The notes beneath the pieces are model-generated. The model was not told where the DNA came from and made no database searches. It saw only the letters and a program-made list of their open reading frames with translations. From Lama glama (taxonomy: Eukaryota): DNA of 64,000 nt. The DNA is taken from positions 90,584,001 through 90,648,000 of the forward strand of contig CM052816.1 of assembly GCA_028534125.1 (NCBI GenBank), given 5' to 3'. Position numbers and translations under genes: made by a program. Shown here piece after piece: positions 50,301 to 61,744 of the stretch (position 1 is the stretch's first letter; each line of letters begins with the position of its first letter).

Positions 50301-52774
50301 CTATATTAAATTTGATCAATATCAAGTTTTTATTAAAAGGGACAAAAGAGATGATTCCCATTTTCCTGCCACGTGTTGTCTTACCAGGATGTACTGAGAA
50401 TACTTAAGCATAAAATTCTTTCAAGCATAACGTGCCATTGCGAAAATATAATATTTAGCTCCTATTTTGTACACAGTTAAGTCTCCTTTCAGTTGATAGA
50501 ACAGACTAGCCCAAAAAGAAATCTTAAGGGCCGTACATGGTCCTTGGATAATACATCATTGGGAAGAAAATCATCCATCAACCACCAAAGGTATGTATGT
50601 ATGTATGTATATATATATATATCATGGTTTCTGGTAGACATTGAAAAAAAATTAAGAACTTAATCAACCATCATCTTCACCCCAGCAGCCCCAGCTGACT
50701 TCTTCCTCCCCATCAGTGGATTTCCAACTCCATGGGGTTCATCTTTGGGATCCCTAATGAAACAATGAGGAAAATCAAGGGAGAACAATCAAGAAATCAA
50801 GAGAAAACAGATATAGTTAGGATCCTGATAAGGTAACCATTTTCTCAGCTCTGGGTTTTGTAGGCCATCTTGTTCACATAAATGCCAAAATGTCTTCATT
50901 TTTCCCAAATGGTGACACTAGGGGCGATACCCACTGTCAGTTTTAAGACGAATATCCCTTAATCAAATGGCCAACAGCAAAAATCTGTCAGAGAAACGGT
51001 TAATTGATGCAAATTAAGAGAGCCACCATCACTGCAGTGCAAAACGATGCAGGAAAAGAACAATGAACAGTATTAGAAAATAGCAGTGTTCGGTTACAAA
51101 AAAATATTTAATCCAGTTTGCCCTCACCATCAAGGCTAATCTTATTTTTCATCAGTTGAAATCACTAAGAAAGCAAACGATTAGATAGGCTGGAAAGGAA
51201 GAAATATACACACAGGAGGGAAAAACTTGTCATTTGTGTCCAAGGGTTTCACGCAACATTTAGGGTAAACGCCTTTGTTCCTGGGCTTGGTAAGGGAGTG
51301 GGTGGGTGGGTGATGCAGAGATCAGATGGGGCTGCCGGGGCCCTCCACACCCTGCTCTCAGGCGCATGCGCGAGGCCAAGACAAAGGAATAGGTAATTAC
51401 AGTCCCGATTCATTCATTTTGCCCGCAGTGCTGAGGATCTCTTAGCCCCGGTAATCCCTGGGAGGTTGATCCACACTGCTATAGCAGGAAGACCACATCG
51501 ATGCTAGTGTCCAATTTTAACCCGCCATCACAGATGTGCTAGTGGCCTCGCGGCAGACCGAGGTGTGGCGTCAATTCTGTTTAAGGTACTAAAAATGCCC
51601 CCGTGAGCGCTGTACTAATTTCAGCGGAGTGAAAATTACACAGGCAAAGACTGTTCGCGGAGTTCGTTTCAAGGCGGAAATGTCTCTGGGGAAGCAGATA
51701 AGGAGCCCAGCCAAGCGTTCGATGAATATTCATGAAAAGAATGCGGTTTGGAGCCACGCATTGTGTGTGCGCTCGGATCCAGGGATTCTGCAATTTTTAT
51801 TCTTGAGGGGGAGGGGACGGTAAGGCGGGGAGGGGCAACAGGGACCCGGCGTCGGGTTTCAGTGTTAGCGCTTCAGGCAAAACCTGCTAAACCCTAAACC
51901 TTCGCTCACAGCGGGTCTGGGCCGTTAGGGGCCGCGCGCTGTCAGGTTCAAGCTCACACCCTCCCCGCCGGGCCGCGCGGGTAGGGGCACCCAGCGCATT
52001 CTGCGAAGGCGAAGACTCGAAAAAATAAATGCTCAGATGTAGCCCACCGGTTAATGGGAAAGCAGTTCAGCCACGTTCGAGGCTGGGGCTCTGATCTGCT
52101 CAAATGTGCTTTGGAGGCACGTTGTCGTGTGAACCTCGCATTCTTTGGCCACCCCAAGCCAAGATTCGGGCGTCCCACAGGTCAAGGAAACCCATTTGCT
52201 AAACCAAAAAGCACCTCCTTCCTTCCGATCACACCAGAGTCCCCGTATTCTTGCTCCCCCTAACTCCCGCCCCACCCCACCCCCACCCTCCATCTTTTGC
52301 TGCTGCGCCCCTCGCACCAAGCGCTTTCTTCCCGGCTGTGAATGGTGCCGATGACAGATAACTCTTCAGCCTCACAAAACCGTCTCTTCGGGTCTCAGTG
52401 GATTAAAGGGTTTCACAGGCGGCAATTTCCTCCTTAACTAGAAGCTTCCCTCCCACTACCCACCCCCTCAACTCCATTTATCAGGCTCACCAACCCTCCA
52501 TCCTCCCCACCCTGCGAGTGGCGGAATCCACCCACCTCCGAGGCCCCCACCACCCCAGATCCCCGTAGCGCGACGGAGCAGTCACTGAGGGGATCCCGTG
52601 TCCGGCGCCGTCTAATTGGGCCCTGCACCGTTTCCCCCTCAGCCCCGGCTGCAGCTAGGGGAGAGAACAAAGGGCCTCGGGAGTGGGGCGGGTGCAGAAG
52701 GGGAACGGAGGCCCCGGGGATGCCGGCACCCCGGGTCCGCCGCGGCAGCGGGGCGACAGGGCGCGCCTCCTTAC

Positions 52775-53000
52775 CGGCTCTGGGTGCCTGTGCCGCCCCT
52801 GGGTGAACGCGGTGCCGCCGAGGGGCCCGGGTCGCTGGTGTCGTCCGGTCGGGTGCCTGGCCGCTGGCAGAAGATCTCTCACCGGCTCGACGGCGGAGCC
52901 CGGAGCGAGGAGCGAGTTGGAGCGCTGCCGCCGCCGCCGTCGCCGCTGCCGCTACTGCCGCCGCCGCCGCCGCTGCAGCCTCTGCATTTCTCGCGCTCGC
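52775..53000 (-). other. BASP1: BASP1 exon 1 (5' UTR); TSS approximate
   Basis: GC-rich segment with CGG repeats, ending in a consensus donor, inside the CpG island. Confidence 0.82.
52926..52974 (-). repeat. Interrupted (CGG)n repeat in the 5' UTR
   Basis: Plus strand gccgccgccgccgtcgccgctgccgctactgccgccgccgccgccgct. Confidence 0.9.
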
Positions 53001-53084
53001 GCTCCCCCTCCCCTTCCTGCCCAGCGCCCTCCCCCGGCGCGTCCGTCCGCCCAGCCTCCCTCCTCTCGCTCACCCCGCCCGCCT

Positions 53085-53115
53085 CCCTCCCCTCCCCTCC
53101 CCTCCCCTCCCCTCC
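53085..53115. repeat. (CCCCT)n pentamer repeat in the proximal promoter
   Basis: ccctcccctcccctcccctcccctcccctcc. Confidence 0.9.
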
Positions 53116-54901
53116 ATCCCGGTGCCCCGCCCGCCTCCCCTCAACTCTCCGCAGTCCTGGTGCCCCGCCCGTCTCCGTTCAATCCCCTCCAGCCCTTCTC
53201 TCTCCTTACGTCTCCTTCCCTCCATCCCGGGTCCCCCCCACCCCCTTCTCCAAAGGGATTGTCCTCTCCTTTCGCTCCCCCCTTCCCTTCATCCCTGTGC
53301 TCCTCCTGCCTCTCTACATCAGCCCTGAATGCCTGTTTCCCACACCCTCCCCACCTCTCCTCCATTCCTCTCCAGTAGCTTGCCCCCAGCCCTCGTCGTC
53401 TCCCCTCCCCCGCCGCGCGGCGGGGCTGTCTACAGGCACTTTCTCTCTCTCTTTCTCCCTCTCTCTCTCCCCCTTTCTCCCTCTCTGGAACGGTTGGAAA
53501 AGACGTGCTCGGGCTCTCGCTCACACTCAGAGGGCTGCCTGGAGGTGATGAATGACGCCCCCCTGCCACCTGCTACCTGTCTCAGCATCCCAGTCCGGCC
53601 GCTCGAGACGTCTGGCTGAGATTCCGATACCCGGGCAGGCAGTGAGGTTGGGGGTGACCAGCTAGCTCCCCTCCACCCGTCAGGACAGATGCCCGCGGGT
53701 TTGAGGGTGGCCTCCAACGGTAGACGCGTCTGGGCGGCGCCCCCGGGGCACCAAGCGCGCTGGGCTGGCGGCTCCCGCACTCGCTGGGCTGAGCCGCGAA
53801 AGCTGCGGCTTTGGGCGAGCGCGGCGCTAAGTTCCAGCTGTCCAGGCGAGCGGCGTTGCCCCTGCGAGGGTGCTCTCGGGACTTGGGAGAGGAGGGAGTG
53901 AAGACAAGAGCCCTGGGAAAGGAACCGTCGGGTTTTGATGGCAGCCAGCTCTCAGGAAGACTGAGTTAGCCGAGGCAACCCGCACAGTGCCGCTCAGAGA
54001 CGCACAGATCAAAACCGTGGCCAACTGCGGTGTGTCAGGGTGTCCCGGGGGCCTGCGACTCTGTTTAATACCGAGATAAGAAATAACCACCCGGGTGGGC
54101 AGATATGCTCACCTTGCTTATCTGTTGGCAAGCCAATGCAAAGATAATAATAACGTAATATGACATCGCTTACAACGGTAACTCTTTCACTAAACAAAAG
54201 CCAATTTTACCTTCCCGCAAAACCCATCTGAACCTTTGGAACTCTCATTTGCGGCATTTGGGCGCCCTCTGGCTGTGTCTGGATTACTTTCATGGTCGCC
54301 TACATCTCAGCAAAGAAAAAAAAAAAAAGATGGAGCTGCTGGTTCTCCAGGATGGTTCTGCCCTCTTGACCTGGGCGTGGATTTGAGAGCAGGAATATTA
54401 TCCAAAATCAGGGTGACAAAATGTAACCATATTTAGAGAGGCAGACTCCAAAGGCAATTGCATCTGCATTCAGCTGGGGAAAGGTAAGTCCATTTTCAAT
54501 TAATAGGAAAAAACTTACCAGAATTTAATTACTATTTTAAATGAATCCGGGTGGTCGTGAAGACCCCATACTACGCTAGAGGTTTTGCAGCGGAACGGGC
54601 TCCTGGACTGCACAGGTGTTGCACCAAATTAGACAAAGGCCTGCGGGCTGGAAATGTTCACATGTTAAAGCCAGGGGCAGAGGGATTTTGCTGTCTTTTT
54701 CATTTCTTCTTTTGTCTTTCTGCCATTGAAATGAAAGAACAAAGAATATGGTATAAGAGAAACATGGCATAAGAACAGGGAAGCAAATTACAACTAGGGT
54801 TGCCTCTAAAGCTTTTTATTTATTTGAACATAAATATTGAATAATTTAATATGGTCAGTATTAATTGACCCTCATTCCAGCACACCCTCTATGAAGCTAG
54901 A

Positions 54902-55131
54902 TGTAGTTCTCAACCTCCTGTTTGGGGCAGATAATTTTCTGTTGTCAGGGGGATGGACCCGCCCAGTGGACTGTAGTCTGTTCATCATCATTATTGGCCT
55001 CCATCCATCCACTAGTTACCAGTAACACATATGACCATCACCACCATCACCAGTTGTGACAACCAAAATGTCTCCAGACATTGCCAAATGTGTCCTGGGA
55101 GGCAAAAATCACTCTAGGTTGAAAACTATTG
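54902..55131 (-). mobile_element. MER20-like hAT/Charlie MITE
   Basis: cagttgtgacaaccaaaatgtctccagacattgccaaatgt is the reverse complement of the MER20 core; gttctcaacc...ggttgaaaac termini. Confidence 0.82.
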
Positions 55132-56934
55132 GGCTCTACATTTTTGTTTAATTGTTGTGAGCAAGTGTCTAAGTCTTTAACTTATTAAATTGAATAAGCA
55201 TTAGCAATTTTATGCTCAAAGCATTTATTGAGTGTACTTGTTATGGGATATCTGTGTAGCTATTTCATTTAGCATTCAGTTTTTGTCCCTGTGATCTTCC
55301 AGGCATGTAAACTTATCTTAAAATTCATAAACATATGTTCCTATTGTGGTTCCATGATAAATCTCTGGATGTTATCTCAGTTCTAGCTTCTCTTTTTCTG
55401 ATTTTTGAAAAAATACATAAAAATTATAATTTGGTACTTTCAGTGCTTCCAGCTAAATTTTCATGTTGGAGAAAGCAAGCCTTTAGAAGGTGTGATTGGA
55501 ATACAGAACCCAGGTTGCCATAGAAATGGGAGGCAAAAGCTTACACCAATGAGACTGCAGGTCCCCTCAGTTTTGTCTTCCATCAGATTTAGTTGTTCAT
55601 TTAAAAGATTTTTTAAAAGAATTCTTTAATGACATAATGATGAAACTGGCTCATAGTGCTATTAATCTTAAGAATGGAAGCTTTTCCAGAATTTATAGTT
55701 ATACATCAAATGGTACCCAAAATATTATATCTCAACACATTACTATGTAAAATCCAATTTGGTGATTTTTTAGTCTCATTTTTAATTGTTCATCTAACAT
55801 CTTACATTTTTAATTTGCATGCTCTCGAAAGTTTTTTTTTTCCAACACATACTTAGGGAATTAATGAATAAGCATTTAAAGCTCTGGAGTTTAGAAAATT
55901 TTTAATATTAACTATTGTGGATGTCACTAGCTGTTTAGATTACAGACTAATGAACTTGTGAGTCTATGTTAAAGGTGCAATTTATGACAAATTTAATTAC
56001 CTTTCAACATTACAGTCATGAAAATAAAAATGGCTTTACTCTCCAAAAGGAATGAATAATTCCTTAATAAACAAAGCTAAACTTCCTGGGTTGTAAAATG
56101 AATTCCACGGTCATCTTCAATTGCCTACACATTTTGCTCCAGTGAAGCATAACCTGCATTATGGAAATATTCATCAAAAAGATAAATGATTCAGTGATGA
56201 CTGATTTTTGCTAAAGGATTTGCCATAGAATTGCTTGCAATGTCATGGTCTCATTGGCACCTAAATTAGTAGGTTTATGACAACTTCAACATGTGCTTAG
56301 CTTTTCAAATCATATCTATGGTCAGTTGAGACGCATACAATAGATGATTACATCGACCTCATCTTATCTCACCTCCAAACCTCACCCATAACTCCCCTCT
56401 TGGTACCTCTCATATCACCCACCAAGGCTTAGCATCTTCCTCAGTTCCCCATCCTTTCCTCCTAAACAGTAAAAAGGGAATTCAGGTCCCAAGTAAAACC
56501 TGTAGACCAACATGAATGAAGCAAAAAGCACAGTGACAGTAATGTCACCCCGTGTCACTCCAGCCACCTCTGCTTGACATCTTTTTGACTGGCTCCCGTT
56601 CAAGGCCACTGAATTAACGCGAGCCCTCGGACACCCATGTAGGGAATTTGATCAATTCAGCTCGACGGCTAAGTATTGAGTGGAGGACTGAACTGCTGTA
56701 ATTTGATCACAAGATCTCTTCTACAAATCACAAGCGAAAGGCCAAACAGCCAATATTACGTAGAAAAGTAGACAGCTTTTCTTTCTTAAGGATATTAATC
56801 ATTTTTAATCCAAGGAAAATATTGAAATCTGTATATGTATCGCATCCTTCTCCCTTTCTATCCCCTACCCCCAGCGCCATTATTACAACCTCACCCTTCA
56901 TGTAGCCCAGTGAAAGGGCTTCCTTTGTTTCAAT

Positions 56935-57144
56935 CAGTCGGTCTCAAGCAGGGGCTCTTCTGCTCCCCAGAGGACTGTGGGAGTATCTGGAGGCTTTGGG
57001 GGAAGGGAGTATAAGGCAGAGAAGTGCTCTGGCATCTCATGGGTAGAGATCAGGTTTGCTGTTAAACATCCTACATGCAGAACAGCCCCACAACGGGCAA
57101 TTATCCATCCCAAGATGTCAGTATGAGGAGGTTGAGAATCCGTG
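56935..57144 (+). mobile_element. MER20-like hAT/Charlie MITE
   Basis: ctggcatctcatgggtagag...aaacatcctaca...aggttgagaatccgtg; degenerate 8-bp TSD gtttcaat/gtttgaaa. Confidence 0.8.
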
Positions 57145-59042
57145 GTTTGAAAGAGCATGAGGCTGGAAAAGACCTGATTCTTTTTTTTTTTTTTTTTTTG
57201 GAAGAGCACACGCTGCATGGGGGACTACTTCTTGCCATGGTACACGGTGTCTGCAGCAAGTAGCAGGTCTGGAAGTGCAAAGATTTCACAGTGATTTTCC
57301 TTTTAGCAGGGACTGAGTTGCACCCTGAGCCCTTCTTGCCACCTAGGTGGACTAGAACACTAATTTAGGCGCCCCCTTGCAGAGCAATGGCCAAGGTTCC
57401 CATCAGGGATTCTGAATTCCACTCTGTCACTCCACGCTGGGTGACTGGAAAAAAACAGCTTAACGGCAGGTCCCCTAGTTCACCCTCCTGGGTATGTCCT
57501 GTAACAGGATAGCTGGGAAGTCTAAGGAATCGTGTATTTACCACGAAACCTTGGATTTGAAGTGGAAGGAGCGACCTGGCCTAAGCACCACACTGGGAAC
57601 ATTTTTGCCCACGATAAAAAACGGATAAAACACAACATTGTACCCTACCTAAACAGTTCTCATTCCCAACTGCCTTCTCCCTTTCATAGTCCAGAATCCC
57701 GCCCACAACCCCACCCCCATCAATCCTTTCAATCTCAAAGCAATTTTTCAACTCATCAGCATTTTCTATGAAGAAAATACATAAAACCGGTGATCCAGGG
57801 ACATTTGCCTCACTAACCAGTGAGGGCTTTTTTCAGGCAGTGCCTGCCTGTTTCTACAGACACACGGCAGGGGATTAGAACAGAGGGACTTTAGTCTTGG
57901 GAAAATAGTCCTTAATTCCTTGGCTACCCTTCCCCCATAATCACCGGTTAAACCCTTCAAATAACAAGTTACTTTACAATGGCATAAAGAATGTTGTAGA
58001 GCAGTTTTTCACGTGGCTTCCCTTTTGGGTAAACGAGACTACCGAGGTTCCAGCGTTAAATAGTGTGAACCTTAAGTCCAGCCCCGCTCCTTGTTACCAC
58101 CAGCTCCTGCTCTCTGATCAGCCCCTACTGGTCATGAAAATATTTTTACTTTAACTGCAGTGCAGGGAATGGTGGCCAAAACAAACTGGTGAGTGCAAAA
58201 GCAAGTTGCCAAAGAGACCGCTGAGGATGTGCATTTGGGCTGTAAATTAAGGGATGCTGCTTTGCCGACTTCTCCAAGTGCAAATACTGTCAAATTCCAA
58301 CAGCAACCTAACTCCGCCCTTTGGACGGACTCCCTAAGTCTCTCGGTCAGATGCTGTGATCCTCTTGCTTCTCAAGACCAGGAATCCCCTACTCAGATAA
58401 GACCAACTCAGTGTCAGAAAGAATGACTTCTCCCCAAACGTAAAAAAGTATGATAGTCAGAAATGAGAGAGCCAGGCTTAAAATACATTAAGGGAAAAAC
58501 TGGCATAAATAGTTGAGGATATCCAAAAACCTCCTCAAAAAAAAACCAAAACCCAGCTATGGTGTCAGTAGTTTTAAGGGGAACCGAATGCCATCTGTGA
58601 CAACGAGGCAGACCATCACAGTGGTGGACCAGGGTATTGAACACATCTAGAAAATCGTGGTTCCTGTCTTAAAGCATCTACATTCTTGGAGGACAGGAAA
58701 CAAAAAAGAAAAGCAGTTTCACTGCAGTGATTAAAATATTCATCTGATCAAAGTCAAACAAAAGGAAAGATGTCAAAAACAGCTTCTAAGGTGCCTAAAG
58801 TAAGTTGCTGAACAATATAGGGAGTATGATTGTCCTTATGTTACATTATAAATAAACACATGGGAAATGTCTGCAGGACTGCAGCCCAAACTGCTAATAG
58901 TAGCTCTCACTGGGAATCGGTGTCATTTCAGAGGTGGGTGGAGGGTTGCTCAGCTTTCTAATACCATGTTCTTAAGTTCTATGCTGAATGAATGTTTTTG
59001 CAATGACCACTCATTACTTTGGGAATCAGAATATATCATTTT

Positions 59043-59214
59043 GGGGGAGGGTATAGCTCCAGTGGTAGAGCACATGCTTAGCCTGCTTGAGGTCCTGGGT
59101 TCAATCCCCAGTACCTCCTCTGAAAATAAATAAACCTAATTACCTCCCCCCACCAAGATAAAGTAAAATAAAATGATATAATAGTAAATAAATAAATACA
59201 ATAATTTTTTTAAA
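59043..59214 (+). mobile_element. tRNA-Ala-derived SINE (Vic-1-like)
   Basis: Full head and tail. TSD AGAATATATCATTT at 59028-59041 and 59215-59228. Confidence 0.92.
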
Positions 59215-61744
59215 AGAATATATCATTTGGTACATTGATTGCTCCAGAAACCGGCTCCGGGCTGGGCAGTCCCTACGTGGAAACTGCCTCTCGGGCACCC
59301 AGTATTTTAACACTACGCTTCTGTTTCTTGCATCTTTTTGCTTCTTCACCTTTAAATTAGTGGCTCAGTTTGGATGAAGAATGTGTCGAAGCCCTGGTAC
59401 TTCCCTTTTGGTCCTAATCCAACCCACTTCTAATGCAAGAGACCACCCCAGCCCGCATGCCCAGCTTTTGAGATGATTGCAGAAACAGGAAGATTTTCGC
59501 CTAAAGTTAGTCCCTGCTACTCCATCAGATATTAACTTACTTTTTGCATGAATGATCCCATAATCAACACAAAGTTCTGTTTTCTGTGAAACATTGTGTT
59601 TTATGTCTTCCTCGGTGTATTTGAATGGGCATCTAGAGCGTCATTGCTGCTAAATCAAAATCGCTTAAGCATTTTATCTTCTATTGAAGACAATTATTGT
59701 CTCCTTTCTGGCTTTTACTCCTGATAAATCCTGCGATGGCAGCTTCAAACACATAGTTCTCATCTTTTAAAATACTTCCTCAGTTTCAGTTTCTAGAAAT
59801 GAGATCCATCCATCATATGTTTTAAGTTGCATATATTTAATTACCAACAGGATTAGACGCTGTCTTTCCAGTGTTGGTTCACTGCTTGGATTTAATCTGG
59901 TGTAACAGTCTCAGTCTCCTATGAAAAAGTTACTATCAACTCTGTAGATTAAAGTCTTCTCACTGTTCATCCTTGTGATCATTTCGTCCATGGGAAAATT
60001 GATCCCATCTTTACATCTGCTGAACTCCACTGCAGTATGACTTGGGGAAACTGTCCATCTCAGGGGCTGAGCTGACAAGCTCAGTTTTTAGACGGTAATG
60101 GTTTCAAATCCTAACTTCGCCTCCGCTTTCTAGCATTATGAGTTTGAACACAATCCTCCCTGTCTTTTAACCTTAGTGGTTTCATCTGGAAAATGGGAAA
60201 ATTACCAGCTTCACTGAGTTGTTCTGAAAATTATATAAGAAAATGGATTTAAGGCCTTCAGCCAATTCAGAAAACACATTCAGAGAATGTGTCTTCAAGA
60301 AGCTGGTTTTATAGCACCACCAACAGGACCATTAAGGAAGGAATGAAAAAATAAGAGTTAAGGACCGAATCAGGGAAGACAGGAGGGCACAGATAGTTCT
60401 GACGGAAAACCTGAAGTATGACACTCTGTTTGCACAAAGAATTTAACTCTAAGCTTCCTGGCAGCCAAGAGGAAAAAAAATCATAATATTATGGTCTATT
60501 GATATTTCTAATAACAGAAAATGTTTCAGGTGTGTCAGAAGGGGCAACTCTTCCCAGCTATCAACTTTAAGAAGAACATATCACTATATCCCTTTATGTA
60601 AAAGATACTGCTTTTCTTAAAGACAATTTTTCAATAACGATTTTTACTGGAGATACGGAAATTCTCTCATAAGGTCATTTATTATATCAACCTGCAAACT
60701 GCAGAAACCATCTTAGTATAATTCTACTGAAGTATTTGTATGAAAAGAGTAAAAATAATGTGGTCCAGACCAGCATCTTTGTGCTGGAGCACACAGGAAG
60801 ATTCTCCGAGTGGATGGAGGGTGCAGGAAGGAAGCAGGGACCCTCTCCCTGGACTGTGCACACTGTCCGTTAGGGGAGCGAGGTCTGTTCAGAATATGTG
60901 TCCACCTTCACTGCAGGCTGTGATGCCACCTCTGCACTTCAGTCTCAGGCAGAAGTTTTCAACCTGGGACTTCAGGCTCCTAGGAGACTTCAGGGTGGCC
61001 ATCGGGAAATCATCCTCCCCTCTCGCTTAGCTGCTTCTTACTAAAAACCAGGCATTTTGATGTGAACTTTAAGCAAACACTGCAGCACAAGAATTGACTT
61101 GACTATTGTGTTGGCAGAAAAATAATAAGAAATATTTGTATTTTAAGGGTTTCTTTTAAACTTAAGACCTTGGCTTGTATTTTGGCTGAAATAGAGGGCA
61201 CCCCCATTTCTTCCTGAAGGGATGCCCTGGGAGTCTGGCAAGCGACGGACACCTTACATCTTGTTGGCAGCTGCTTAAAATCTTCCCAAGGGCCTGGAAA
61301 TTGCTCCAGAGGCTGGAAGAGGCAGCCTGGACCAGGAAGGCAGACTCCTGAGGGCAGTTGTTACCAACCAACCAACCAACTGGATGGACTCAACGATGCC
61401 TTAAGTGGCTCCTGCGAAGCATCCAGGCTGGAAGGTCATGGCCCTGATGTCCTGCTGTGCAGAGCGCCCTTCCTGGTGGGACGCCCTGCAGAGCCCAGCT
61501 GAGGATGGGGAAGCAGAAGGTACAGAACTTTCTCAGAGAGCAGAGAAAAACAGAGTTGGCTTAAAGGACACAGTAACTACTGATAGAAAATGCCACCCAC
61601 TGCATCAATCTATGTTTTATACTATGTTTCTTAAAGTTGTTATTAACTGATCATCTTAAAGGGACTGATTTTTTTTAAAGAGAAATTAAAAACCAAGGTT
61701 CAACGTAGAATCCTTCCCTTCAAAAATATAAAATCTAATGGAGA

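Larger units (their letters stand above)
2131..52774 (-). other. BASP1: BASP1 intron 1 (50,644 bp), GT-AG
   Basis: Donor ccagagccg|GTaagg at 52775/52774. Acceptor cttttctcgttgtgtgttgtgtcccgttgtgttacAG|aactccgagATG at 2131/2130. The joined sequence matches the mammalian BASP1 mRNA leader as I recall it (cacccagagccg-aactcc.agATG). Confidence 0.9.
51330..54100. promoter_or_regulatory. CpG island / BASP1 promoter region with shores
   Basis: Very high GC and CpG density compared with the AT-rich flanks, GC boxes, no obvious TATA box, contains exon 1. Confidence 0.88.

Noticed and set aside
52434..54090. Long Pro/Arg/Gly-rich ORFs (310, 231, 142 and 116 aa) in the CpG island
   Set aside because: Low-complexity translations of stop-poor GC-rich promoter DNA, several with non-ATG starts
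6961..59214. tRNA-Ala-like sequences as tRNA genes
   Set aside because: They have A-rich tails, TSDs and stem-breaking substitutions, so they are SINEs or retrocopies
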